NCBI GenBank assembly: GCA_000004985.1
Contig: GG738856.1
Reading direction: 5' to 3' (one strand)
DNA from: Naegleria gruberi
Lineage: Eukaryota
DNA: 64,000 nucleotides
Shown: positions 35,652-47,737 of the stretch, one piece after another
Numbering within the stretch: position 1 is the first letter of the stretch
Layout: every line of letters begins with the position of its first letter
Program-made: the position numbers and the translations under genes
The notes under the pieces: model-generated
Seen by the model: only the letters and a program-made list of their open reading frames with translations
The model's database searches: none
Told to the model about the DNA's origin: nothing

Positions 35652-37888
35652 TTGAGCCATCAATGGTTTTATTACCCAATTCGAGTGCATTACTCAAAAA
35701 AAATGCTTGAAAACCATCATCGTAGTGGTGCTTTGCCAAAAAGCAAGACAAGTTTTCAAACTGATAATAATAATAATAATAATACTAATAGTAGTAGTAA
35801 TAGTGATGAAGGAGTAGTTGATAAAAAACCAACATCGGAACAAAAAGGTTTTACAGTTGTGAATAAACAAGGAAGAGGAATGGTTGGTTCTTTGAGTTTT
35901 TCCAACCTTGTTCGATTGGATAATTCGGAAGTGCCTAAAGGACCCTATGGAAACAGTCCTCATTCAAAGAGAAAATTGGAAAGAGAATCAAATTGTCAAT
36001 CAACACCACAAGAAACAGGAAATAATACATTAATTAGTATTACAAGAATTTTGGCAATTTATACAGGAGGAACAATTGGTATGAAAAAGAGTAGTGAGGG
36101 TTATCAACCAGTTAAGGGATATTTGAGAAAGAAACTTGCTCAATTATCTCAATTTAACGATGAAAGACATAGAAAATTATATTTGACATTGGCAGGTGTT
36201 ATTAATGAGGAAGATAATGAAACAACTGAACAAGCAAAGATTGATCAATGGTTTTCAACTCCAAGAAGTGATGATGGTTGTGTAGCTCTTTATCAATTAT
36301 TAGAATTTGACCCAATTTTGGATAGTAGTGATATGGGTTATAAGGATTGGGTTAAAATTGCACAATGCGTTTATGATCATTACAATAATTATGACAGTGT
36401 AAGTGTTTGAGATATTGCTGAATATTAAGCTTGATTATCAAATTTAGTTTATTATTTTGCATGGTACTGATACTATGTGTTATACTGCGAGTGCTTTGAG
36501 TTTCATGTTTAGAAATTTGGCTAAACCAGTTATTCTTACTGGTTCACAAATTCCAATTTCTCAAACAAGAAATGATGGTATGTTAATCATGTGGAATTTT
36601 ACAATTTCTTACATTTGGAAATGAAGGTTTTGATAATTTATTGGGTTCTATTACTGTTGCCTCAAGAGTTTACATTCCAGAAGTTTGTGTATTTTTCCAT
36701 AACAAGTTATTTAGAGGAAATAGATGTACTAAAATGGATGCAGGTGATTTGAGTGCATTTGATTCTCCAAATGTTCCACCATTAGTTAAATTGGGTATTG
36801 ATATGGAAGTTAATTGGTCTTTAATTAGACCACCTCCTGCTCAGAATCAAGAATTCAAAATGGTCCCAATTACAAACAGTAATGGTAAGTAGACAGATTA
36901 TTGAAGGTTATATGATTGACCAAAATAATAGTCGGTATTTTAAGGATTTTCCCAGGTATTAGCCCAACATTGATGTCCAACTTTTTCTTGCCTCCAGTAA
37001 GTAGTTCAATTCAAAATTGTTATTTTTCATACCTGATGATAAATAGATGGAAGGAGTAGTAATGCTATCTTATGGTGTTGGTAATGTGCCTTCATCTAGA
37101 TCTGACTTTTTACAAGCTATTAAGGAAGCAACGAATAGAGGAATTGTAGTTGTAAATTGTACTCAATGTTGTAAGTTTCTATTGAAAGTCAAATTTCTTA
37201 TATTGTACAAAAATAGTTAAGGGAGCTGTATCTGCATCTTATAAAACAGGATCAGTACTTTATGAAATTGGAGTTGCGAGTGGATCAGAGTAAGTATTTT
37301 AGGAATATCAAACTTTAATATTTCAAAGTATGACACCTGAGGCATCAGTCACAAAATTGAGTAAGTTTTAACAAATGAACATATTACTAAGTAATTATTA
37401 TAGTGTATTTATTGAGTTGCGATTATGAAATTGAGGAAGTAAAGAGATTGCTCACTGTTGATCTGAGAGGAGAGCTTAATAAGCCAATGGCTGTTTCTCG
37501 TTACTCCCTGAGAGAAAGAGGATTTGTTACAGCAGTTTGTAAAGCTCTGAATTTCCAAGGAGGAGAATCTGATATCAAAGAAGTCAGTGATGCTCTCTTA
37601 CCTGTAATAATGTGTAATATTGGAAGTATTGGAGCAGTTGAAGAAATGACAAGACTAATTGAAAATGAAGGAGTTGATCCAAATATTCAAGACTATGATA
37701 AACGTACAGCACTCCACTTGGCTTGTTGTGAAGGACAGCTCGAGATGGTTAAGTTGTTAATTAATTACGGAGCTGATGTTAATACAAGAGATAGATGGGG
37801 ACATACACCTTATGGAGAAGCAATTAACTCTAAGCAGTATCTTGTTGTAAAATATCTGGAAAATCTGGGAATTGAATTACAAATTTAA
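35652..37888 (+). CDS. 60-kDa lysophospholipase / type-I L-asparaginase with C-terminal ankyrin repeats. Eight exons: 35652..36398, 36448..36577, 36627..36884, 36932..36996, 37047..37170, 37217..37289, 37329..37360, 37404..37888.
   Basis: Asparaginase signatures [23 protein letters not shown] and [11 protein letters not shown], colinear with E. coli AnsA across every exon junction. Ankyrin repeats at the C-terminus ([25 protein letters not shown]). Seven introns of 39–50 nt, all with GTAAGT/GTATGT donors. Confidence 0.8.
35763..35785. repeat. (AAT)n microsatellite encoding poly-Asn in exon 1 of the asparaginase gene
   Basis: aataataataataataataat. Confidence 0.8.
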
Positions 37889-37892
37889 TAAA

Positions 37893-40063
37893 TTAATCAG
37901 TTTCTATTTCATTAATAGTTCTAAACTTGGATTGCATTGTCTTGAAGTGTTGTAATAATTCTTCTTCAAGACTCTTGTCTTCTTTTGAATTTTCTTCTTC
38001 AAGACTCTTTTGACCTGTCATTTGTATCATACAAAGGCTATTTACACACTCTAAACGTTTGCTCAATTTGGTGAAGGCTGTTGTTTGAGGTAAAAGCATC
38101 ATCAACCCATATAATGTTTTGAGGAGATAAGGGTGTTTGTGAGGCTCTAACAACTGAAGTCTCAAATCAACAAAGATTGGAGATTCCAATAATTGAACAA
38201 GATTATCGATTTGTGTTAAAAACTCCACCGTCACTTCGATTTCAGTACTTTTAAAGTAGTAAGAAAAGTGAATTATTTGTTGACAACTTACAAGCTAGAA
38301 ACTAAATAGCTTGCCAATTTGTACTGATTGGCAAGAAGGCATAAAGTAAGAGTGGCAATTGAATTGTGACACCAACTCTTAAATAAATCATGGAAAAGCT
38401 TTTGACCTTCAACAGAGCTATGGGACTTTTTAATGGAGGTTCTCAATCCTAACAATTCCTTACTGGTAAGTAAAATCATATTAAGAGTTTGGACCAGTGA
38501 TGATGTAAATTCCATATTACTTTGTTTGGTATCTAATAAGATATTTGAGAGTTCTTTGAAAATTTTCTCTGGATTGAGCATAACACTCAATTTTCTGAAA
38601 ATAAAACCAGCTTTGGTCAATAAATTATTATCATTTTGGAACATTTGAAGGAGGGACCTTAAGAACTTTTGGAAATTTTCTTCAGTGGTTGAAATAATTG
38701 CCAAAACTTGTAAATCTAGGGAAACAACATCTTCGTTAGGGTCAGATAGAGATTTCAAAAGTAATCCAAAAATAATGTCGATATGCTTCATTACACGGTC
38801 CAAATTCTTATTCAGAAGGATGTGGCACCATTTCAAAGCACAAATTCTATTAGGGATGGAAGGCTTTTGCAATTCAGTCTTGATGACTTTCATCACATCA
38901 CTGAATGAAATAGTTTGATCTGGTGTTGATTTATCCTCTATTATTCTCATAACTTCACTATTAGCTTGTGTACTGGCGTTTCTCAAATCCATTTCATTAT
39001 TGGAAATGTGTGGTAAAATAGCACCAATGACCTGTGAGTGATAAGGTAATACCTTTCTCTTGTCGAAAAGCAAAAATTTGTAAATCCAAATAATAGCTGT
39101 TTGTTTTGCAAGACTACTTCCTGGAGCATCATCACAATGAGCGATGAGAATTTTGATGAGAGGACCAAAATCAATAGAATCGTAGGAATATTCAATTTCT
39201 GTTAAAAATTCATCAAGAACTGTTTTGGCTTGATTGACTATTTCTCTATTAGGATCACTTAACATGAAAAATACGCCAGAAAGGAAATGAGGAAGATACT
39301 CAATCAGATCAATATCTGGTACAGAATCCAAGACAATAATCCAACTCAATAAAAATTGTCTAACATATGGATCGTTGGTGTTAATTCTCTTACTAAGCTC
39401 TGGAATAAATTGATCGATATTGAATATTTCATCTTCTGTCACAATATCTTTAATCAATCTATCCAAGACAACATTAGCATTTTGAACTGTTGTGTCAGGA
39501 TCTCCACTTAGTTTACACAATCCATCAAATATTACATGAAATTGTGGTATGATTTTTCCTCTTGCAATTTTAGCTACATTATACACAGCTTCGGAAGCAT
39601 GAAATCTTACTTTAGCATCTTGATCACCAAAACAACGAAGAATAGGAGGAACCAAATCTTCCAAATACTTTCCAATATCTCTATACAAAGCAATTGCACA
39701 AGATCCTAAAGCCCATAATCCTCCTTTCTTCATATTTGGCTGAATAGAGTCAATCAAGTGGATTGTCAAATATCTAATCAATTTTTTAACAAGTATTTCT
39801 CCTTTTTTTAATTTATCATCATCATCACTTGATGGTACAACAGATGTTGTTGTTGTTGATAATGTATCCGAATCAGTCAATAATAATTTCAAGACAAGCC
39901 TTTCAATTTCCTCTCCACCAATTTTTCTCTTTTCCTTTAATTTATCCGTTAAATTTCTAATCAAAGCTTGTGTGATCAGTGGAATAATTTCACTAAATTC
40001 ATTCTCTACACCCGTATTGTTTGATGGTTGATAGAGGGAGGCACTTGATGCCGAGTGTTGCAT
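37893..40063 (-). CDS. VAC14: Vac14 (PIKfyve/Fab1 scaffold) HEAT-repeat protein. Two exons: 40063..38292 and 38247..37893.
   Basis: N-terminal ITQALIRNLTDKLKEKRKIGGEEIERLVLKLL matches the Vac14 N-terminus. C-terminal LVQLLESPIFVDLRLQLLEP...LYGLMMLLPQTTAF matches the Vac14 C-terminal signature. 44-nt intron GTAAGT..CTTTAAAAG, phase 2. Confidence 0.8.
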
Positions 40064-40388
40064 TTTTTTATTTGATGACTTGAAAGATTTTTATCTTGAT
40101 TAAAATTATTATTTATTCTTTGTTATTTATTATTTAATTAAATATTATTTGTCAATAATAATTCATTATTTATGAGTATTATTAAGAGTTCTTGGTGCAA
40201 AAATATAATCATCAATATCCAAATCGGAAAATGTCTACAGTTAGTTTGTAGCCGTTTTGGCGGGTGAATTTAATGAAGTCACAAAATAGAAAAAAATTAA
40301 AGAACATTAAGCGTGACGAGGTAGCAACCGCAAAGGAAAAAGCCGATCTCATTCTCAACGCTTCTCTCTCAATAAATTCATTCTTCTC

Positions 40389-41602
40389 ATGTCTTTTGAT
40401 GCTAGTAGTACTACGAAAAGGAGAAGTTTATCTGTACAGGAAACAAGAAATAGGCTGAGGAATACTCAGCTGAAGAAAGGAGAATTACCTGTATCTCATT
40501 CAATTCCCTCTCGGTTTGAAACAAAATTAAACTTGAATTATTCGGAGAGAAAAGGGTTCGGAACAAGCACAACACGTTTTCAAGTATTTGTGGTAGGTTG
40601 TTGAGTTGGATGTTTTTTGATTTAATTTCATGTTTGCAATAGAATGATACACTAGGACCAAATGCAACATCTTATAATATAAAACGAGAAATTAGAGAAG
40701 AAAAACCATCAGATTCAAAGAAAGGATACGGAAATTTAGCATCTCAAACAAAGAGATTTTTTGATCAACCTCGAGTTGCATTTATTACTCCAGGACCAGG
40801 TTCAGCAGAACCAAAATCATTTGTTGAGGATCGCCTTATTAAAACACCAAGTAGTAGAAAAGGAACTAGGTCATTTGTAGAACCAGTGTCCAAATCATTG
40901 AAAACACCAACATCAACAACTATGGTTGGTCCAGGTAGCTATGAAGTTGAATCACCAAGGAGAGCTCAATCAGCTAAATCATCAGTATTTGCTTCAAAAA
41001 CTGAAAGATTTGAAGCATTTAAGGGTCTATCTTCTCCAGCCGCTGTAAAAAATAGATTCGAGGATATGTTTGACCATAAGTATGAAAGAGAGCATTGTGA
41101 AGATATGCTCTACTCAAGGAAAGAAAAAAGAAATCTGTCACAATCAGTATTTAGATCTGCAACTTTCAGAGATTTCGATATTAATCCAAAATCAATGTAT
41201 GAGGAGGTCGATATTCGAGATATTAGTAAGCCAATCACTCCAAGTACTATTGAAAGAAAATCTGCTGTGGAAGATATGCAAAAAGATGGACGATCTTACA
41301 TTTTCAAGAACCACAATATGGATAGATTTGGTAACTTTGTTGGGAATACAAGGAAAAAACCAACAAAAACGCCTGCAAGTCCCCCAAGTTATTACCCTAG
41401 TTTTGATAGATTTGGTGGTAATATGGCAGAGTTGGAGAAGAAGAAACATATTAGTTCAAGCTTTTTCGTTTCGAACACTAAGAGAGATATGGATGTTATT
41501 CCAACAAATGTACCTTATCCAGGCAAATATGATACTTCACAACTATTTGCTACCGGCAATCAAAAGTCGTTTAATATGAATAAAAGTGGTATATTTCTGT
41601 AA
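40389..41602 (+). CDS. Sperm-tail PG-rich repeat (STPG / SHIPPO-repeat) protein. Two exons: 40389..40592 and 40643..41602.
   Basis: Multiple PGPGxY-type repeats (LGPNATSYN, TPGPGSAEP, VGPGSYEV, VPYPGKYD), each followed by ...F...RF. 50-nt intron GTAGGT..GCAATAG, phase 0. Confidence 0.65.
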
Positions 41603-41607
41603 TTATC

Positions 41608-43668
41608 CTATTCGTCTGCATTTATTAATGAGGGTGTTTGCATGATTTTAGAAAGATGTTCTGCAATATGAAATAGTGACGTTTGTTCTTTTTGAATGCT
41701 AGTCCACTCGTTTTCAATATATGCTGTTTTAGCAGACTCTGTAAAGAATGCCTTAGATGTGCAATTGGTTATAGTAATTAAGAAAAATAAAAGTTCTGCT
41801 TCGCTCCAATTCAATTCCAATATTTCAGTGAGATTTTTCAAAATTCTCACATTTACAATTTGGTTATTCAATATTAACACATCTCTTTCTTCCTTGATAC
41901 CTAACAAGCTAGCAAGCTTCTTATTCGATGTCCTAATTGTTAATCTAAGGTTCTCTGCACCAATATATTTAAGTGATGTGAATCCCATAAAATTAAAAAC
42001 GAGCTCGAGACTAGACTTGTTTGTTGCACCTAGGAGCTTATTAGAAACTGTTGGAACAACATTCATTCTAACTATACTATAATTTGTACTTTCAACACTA
42101 GAGCCCAGTAATTTGAATCTAACTTCTCTACCGAATACATTTGAAACATTTCTAATAATTCTTTCATATTCTTGACTGTTTCTTTGGTAATTAACAAGCC
42201 TTCTTGGAATCTCTAGTAGCTGTATATCACAGAGTAGTTGATTTGTCATGTTAATAAGTAAGTCTAATAAATAAATTTTTGTGGATTTGATATTTGTTAA
42301 TTCAAATACATATTGTTTGAGGAAAGTGGATGATACAAAGTCAATACTTCGGAATTCTTCTGTTGTTTCTCTAGTTGTTACTTGGCATTTTTGTATTGCT
42401 GATGGGAATGTTTGTAAATTATTTCTCTTATAGTTATAGTATTGTTCAATTACATTTTGACAAGTGTCCAAAGTTCCACACATTGCCAAAAATTGGAACA
42501 TTTCTGTTACGGACATCGATGTAGTATTAGTAATGACACCACTTAGTTGACAAAGCTTGTAAAGAATGATATCATTGAATTCGTACTTGCTTCCTGCCAT
42601 ATTTACAATAATTTGTCTTTCATTATTAGCCAAGTCTCCTGAGAGTCCTAAAAATGTTCCATATTTTGTAGAGTTTGTTCCTATAGACATTTGATATAAT
42701 GTCACTCGTTTCTTTTGTTGTTGATTTTGTAAAGTTGTGGCCATAAGGTTTTGGTGAATAAACACTTTTTGGTCAAGTTGTTGCAAATCAGGTATTAATT
42801 GAATTACAGAGGAAAATCCATAATTTTCTTCTCCTTTGATTTGTTCAAATTCAATAATTTGAAGTTTTCCTAGTAAAAATGTACACATTTCTTGATAATA
42901 TACATTTTGAAGTGAAATGGTATCGATTAATTGTCTAACCATTTTGTGTTTTTTAGTAAATTCTACTCTAGATGATAAAGGTATGCACATAAATATTCCA
43001 ACTGGTGGTATATCTGGTTTATCTTTTGGCTCCTCAATCGATGGTATAGTTGCTTTATGAAAAAGTTCGTTCAATAGTAATTGTATTCTACAACTTCGTG
43101 AAATAACTTGAACAGACCTCAAAAAGTTGTGTTGCTTTTTTTTCAAAATGTCAGCTGTGATTGTTTCGGTATTTGAACTTAACATTAAAACGCAAACTTG
43201 ATGATACCATTGAATAAATTGATTCATACTGAAAATATATGGCGAATGTTTTTTAGCCAGCTGATTGAAATGTTGTGAAACACAACTGAAGATAATAGCC
43301 GATGAATATGGAAGAAACACAAGAATTCTTTGATAAAGTTCCTCTCCCGAATCATGTGCTTGTGCGAACATCTTCACCAAAGGAATAATATGGTCAGAAG
43401 AACTTCCGTTATGACTCTTATTCTTTGGTGTTTTCCTAATAATATTTACTCCAGATATTGCCACATTAGAATCCACATTATTAAATGTTCCATTACTATT
43501 TGTATTATTATTTAAAAGTTGAAAGGCTTGATTAGATGAAGCATGAGCCATCATTGAATTAACAACTTGATCATCATCTTTTAATTGAATTAATTGAAAA
43601 AACAGCATTCCATAAATAATTAAATTCTCGGATATTTCTAGAGAGTGTTGTTTCAAAGATGACTCCAC
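41608..43668 (-). CDS. Hypothetical large protein (686 aa)
   Basis: Uninterrupted ORF, largely helical-looking. No family recognised. Confidence 0.5.
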   Translation of the reverse strand: MESSLKQHSLEISENLIIYGMLFFQLIQLKDDDQVVNSMMAHASSNQAFQLLNNNTNSNGTFNNVDSNVAISGVNIIRKTPKNKSHNGSSSDHIIPLVKMFAQAHDSGEELYQRILVFLPYSSAIIFSCVSQHFNQLAKKHSPYIFSMNQFIQWYHQVCVLMLSSNTETITADILKKKQHNFLRSVQVISRSCRIQLLLNELFHKATIPSIEEPKDKPDIPPVGIFMCIPLSSRVEFTKKHKMVRQLIDTISLQNVYYQEMCTFLLGKLQIIEFEQIKGEENYGFSSVIQLIPDLQQLDQKVFIHQNLMATTLQNQQQKKRVTLYQMSIGTNSTKYGTFLGLSGDLANNERQIIVNMAGSKYEFNDIILYKLCQLSGVITNTTSMSVTEMFQFLAMCGTLDTCQNVIEQYYNYKRNNLQTFPSAIQKCQVTTRETTEEFRSIDFVSSTFLKQYVFELTNIKSTKIYLLDLLINMTNQLLCDIQLLEIPRRLVNYQRNSQEYERIIRNVSNVFGREVRFKLLGSSVESTNYSIVRMNVVPTVSNKLLGATNKSSLELVFNFMGFTSLKYIGAENLRLTIRTSNKKLASLLGIKEERDVLILNNQIVNVRILKNLTEILELNWSEAELLFFLITITNCTSKAFFTESAKTAYIENEWTSIQKEQTSLFHIAEHLSKIMQTPSLINADE

Positions 43669-44139
43669 AGAAAAGAAGAAGAAACAACAGAGTGAAAATA
43701 TTGCTAGATATGAAGAAGGCTTTTTTTTTGATTGTCCGTTGTGCGCGCACGTGGGGTAAATTGATTTTCCTGCTTGGCTTGTGGTGAGAAGAAGGATGTT
43801 CCTCTTTTTTTAATTAATTCTTGTTGGGGGATGATATTTCAATTATTATTTGGTTTATTGTTTTTTCTGTTAATGAGACAATGGTTGCTGTAGTTCAAAT
43901 AATAAGATTTCCATTTTCTTGGTTTAGTCTCATTTTGATTTTGGATAAAGATGACAATCATTAAAAAGCTTTAAATTTCCCAATAGGAATAGCGTTCAAT
44001 CTGAAGGCGTGTAATATATCACTATCCGAAGCAAATAATCATAATATTACCAATAGTAAAGATGTAATAAATTTTCAATAAACAAAATTAAAGAAATTAA
44101 TGATTATATTAATTAGCGAACAGGTATTAATTTAAAAAA

Positions 44140-45873
44140 ATGTACGGAACAAGAAGTGTTGTTGGAAAGTGTGTTACTTCAGGGCTCTTCTCAAAGAAAT
44201 ACTCATCACCAATTTGGATGAATGTAAAAACATTATCATGTGGAAAGGGATTTAAAACACATTCTTTTTTGAGTGATAAATCTAATCATGAACATACTAG
44301 TGTGAGCTCCGATGAAGAATATTTGCAAATGAGAAAGGAAGAATTAAAGCAATTTCAACAAAAGTATCCGAATGTATTGCCAACACTTTATCCAAATCAT
44401 TTTGCTTTAACTAGTAACATTAAAGAGTACAAGGAAAAATATGATTATCTTCAACCTAGTGAAAAATTGAAGGATGTTGAGGAATGTATTGCTGGAAGAA
44501 TTATCAGTAAGAGAAAGGCAAGCTCTAAACTTTTTTTCTATACAATTAGAACTAATAATGATCATTCCCTTCATCAAGTTCAAATTATGACTGGCTCCGA
44601 ATATTATGATGAAAGTAATAGAACTACTGATGAAACCAATTTCTCTCTAATTAATACCATCCTAAGAAAAGGTGACATTATAGGAATTAAAGGATTTCCA
44701 GCCAAATCCGGCAAGGGTGAATTGAGTATTATTCCAAAACAAATTACATTACTCAGCCCATGCTTGCATCAACTTCCTCACAAGGTTTCTTACTCCGAAG
44801 GCACTTCCCTTGATGATATTGAAAAGAGATTTAGATATAGATATTTGGATTTATTAACAAATCACGAAGAGCTTTACAATATATTTTTAATTAGAAATAA
44901 GACTATGAGTTTTATCAGAAACTTTTTTACCAATAAGGGTTTCCTCGAAGTTGAAACTCCTATTCTCAGTGAAAAGAGTGGTGGCGCCAACGCTAAACCT
45001 TTCGAAACTCATTTGAATGCCCTCGATATGGATTTAAAGTTGAGAATTGCCCCAGAATTATACTTGAAACAATTAGTTATTGGTGGTATGGACAGAGTGT
45101 TTGAATTGAGTAAAGTTTTTAGAAATGAAGGAATGGATTCTACACACAATCCTGAATTCACCAGCTGTGAAGCTTATCAAGCATTTGCTGATTATAATGA
45201 AATGATGGATATGACTGAAGAGTTTTTCAGACAAATTGTTACAGAAATCAATGGCTCACCTATTCTCAAAGTTGATGATATCGGAGAGATTGACTTTAGT
45301 AAGCCTTTCAGACGTGTTTCTTTTATTGATTCGATTGAGGAACATATTAAGGAAAAACTTCCATTGCCTACTGACCCAGACGCAGTCAACAAATTATTAG
45401 ATATCTGCAAGAAACACAAGGTTAAATATTCAACAGAAAAAGTTAATTATGGATACCTGTTAGACAAGTTGCTTGGTACCTTTGTTGAGCCTGAATGTGT
45501 TCAACCAACATTTATCATGGACCATCCTGTTGATTTGAGTCCACTTTCTAAATCTCACAGAGATAGTTCACTTATCACTGAAAGATTTGAACTTTTCATT
45601 GGAACAAAGGAATTGTGTAATGCCTACACTGAATTGAACGATCCAGAAGATCAAAGAGAAAGATTCAGAAAACAACAAGAAAAGAAGAAGCAAGACGATG
45701 AAGCACATGAAAATGATGAAGCTTTCTGTAAAGCTCTCGAATATGGATTGCCTCCTACAGGTGGTTGGGGTATTGGTGTTGATAGACTGGTAATGCTCTT
45801 GTCTAATCAAAAATCAATCAGAGATGTCTTGTTATTCCCAATGCTCAAGCCAAAGAATGTTTCAAAGGATTAA
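44140..45873 (+). CDS. Lysyl-tRNA synthetase (class II)
   Basis: Class II motifs: motif 2 FRNEGMDSTHNPEFTSCEAY, motif 3 GGWGIGVDRLVMLL. Anticodon-binding OB fold at the N-terminus. N-terminal extension that may be a targeting sequence. Confidence 0.9.
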   Translation: MYGTRSVVGKCVTSGLFSKKYSSPIWMNVKTLSCGKGFKTHSFLSDKSNHEHTSVSSDEEYLQMRKEELKQFQQKYPNVLPTLYPNHFALTSNIKEYKEKYDYLQPSEKLKDVEECIAGRIISKRKASSKLFFYTIRTNNDHSLHQVQIMTGSEYYDESNRTTDETNFSLINTILRKGDIIGIKGFPAKSGKGELSIIPKQITLLSPCLHQLPHKVSYSEGTSLDDIEKRFRYRYLDLLTNHEELYNIFLIRNKTMSFIRNFFTNKGFLEVETPILSEKSGGANAKPFETHLNALDMDLKLRIAPELYLKQLVIGGMDRVFELSKVFRNEGMDSTHNPEFTSCEAYQAFADYNEMMDMTEEFFRQIVTEINGSPILKVDDIGEIDFSKPFRRVSFIDSIEEHIKEKLPLPTDPDAVNKLLDICKKHKVKYSTEKVNYGYLLDKLLGTFVEPECVQPTFIMDHPVDLSPLSKSHRDSSLITERFELFIGTKELCNAYTELNDPEDQRERFRKQQEKKKQDDEAHENDEAFCKALEYGLPPTGGWGIGVDRLVMLLSNQKSIRDVLLFPMLKPKNVSKD

Positions 45874-45959
45874 ATTATTATTTATTTCAACTTCCAACTT
45901 TCATATATTCTTGTATCAATAATTGTGTAGAAATTACAAGATTTGTAAAGTTAAAAAAA

Positions 45960-47042
45960 ATGAAACTAGAAACCCTTGCGTACATTTTGCACGAGTTGTG
46001 GGAACATTTTCTGTTAATACCCTGGTTTCTTCTCCTCACGCTCCGATATTCACTTTATTATTTTAATAATAATAGTGTTATTGGAAGATTTATTAACACA
46101 ACATCCCGATACTTTTTCAAAGATGTTAAATACGGAAAAGAGGAGAGCAATGTAATGGACATTTTTCCAGCCAAATCAGTAAAAATTGAAGATGGAAAAC
46201 ATAGAGTGTTATTATTTATTCATGGTGGTGGATGGGCATCAGGTAGGTTAATTGTTTGTCACACTCAAAATACAAATTGAATAGGAAATAAGCATATTTA
46301 TCATTATTTAGGAAAAAGGTAATTTTAAAATTGAATTTATTCTAAACTATTTCAAAGCTTGTCACAAAAATTCGAGGATTCTACAATAATTATCTGTAAT
46401 TACAGACTATGCCCAAAAGCATTCATTGAGGATCAAATGTGTGACATTAAAAAGTGTATTGAGTGGATTTATTCAGATTTGAATAATTATTTATTATCAA
46501 ACAACCTCTCACACTTATCAGATATAGCCAATACAGATATTGAGCTGACAGCATGTGGGCATTCAGCTGGTGGACATATTGTTTTAACAAGTATTTTGGA
46601 CGATCCATCTTTTGCAAAATACATCAAAAATCTCATTTGTCTTGCTGCAGTTTATGATTTGGAATCACAATATGAAAAAGAAAAGACTAGAGGAGTTGAA
46701 AAGATATCAGGTCTGTACAGAGTAATGAGAGGCGACTTGACCAAATATGCTCCTGTTGCAATATTGAAAAAGTCATCTCCCTTAGTACTCGAACAAATTC
46801 TCAACAATAACCCAGACCTTAGAATATCCATTCTTCATGGTCAAGAAGATACCACTGTAGATTTGTCATTTATACATGAATTTACTGATTTGTATCAGAA
46901 TTCTGAGTGTAGAAAGTGCCATTTTGCAAAGATCATTTTAGATGGTTTTAACCATACTGATTTTGTCAAACCCCTTATGAATATTAATTACCCACACAAA
47001 AAGGATCGCCTTTTGGATTTGCTCTCCTCAATAATACTGTAA
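45960..47042 (+). CDS. Esterase/lipase-fold protein, kynurenine formamidase (AFMID/Bna7)-like. Two exons: 45960..46246 and 46358..47042.
   Basis: HGGGW oxyanion motif (FIHGGGWASG), YxLxP (CNYRLCP), nucleophile elbow GHSAGG. 111-nt intron with a weak GTTAAT donor and CAAAG acceptor. This is the only acceptor that avoids stop codons. Confidence 0.6.
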
Positions 47043-47737
47043 ACCATTGAGAAATTGTAACCTTAGAGTAATAACACTTGAAGAGGAGTGTTTGTTTGCA
47101 AATGATTATTGTGTGTTACTCTAGAGTTGAATAAAAGATATTTTCCCTCTATTTCAAATCTTAATATGAAAATTCCGAACACAACGGGTCACTTTAGGTC
47201 TCTACTATACCACATGTTGTTGAGGATGATGAAATTAAACAAGGATTTGCAAGCACACAGCTTTTACATCTTCCCGATGAACTCAGAGTTATCGTAATCT
47301 ACATGATTCAACACAATCCAAGTGCGCCCACCAACAAGGATGATTGTTGTTGATTTTAAAAAAAATAAGGCGAATTATTGCTCTGTTGTGTTTTCTTACC
47401 ATCATCACCCTCTGAATAAATATCCGAGAGTATCTAAACCCCAATACACAAAGAAGAACTTATCATCAGTGTTACTTCTGAAAACAATATTTTGGATAGT
47501 TATAAACTAGTCTGATTATTCTCTGGTGATGAGTAAGGAGTTTTCTGAATTTATGACCAATAGTTCGAAAAGAGAAAGCAAAAGACATTTACTTGTCAGC
47601 ACTTCACCAACTATTGAACTTTCAGGAAATGATCTTCAAGAAACAAACAATATCGTAACTAGTGATGGTAGGATCTTTTTCATTTCTTCATTAATTAATC
47701 ATCCTTCTAAATAGACACTGTTACGTATGAAACAATC

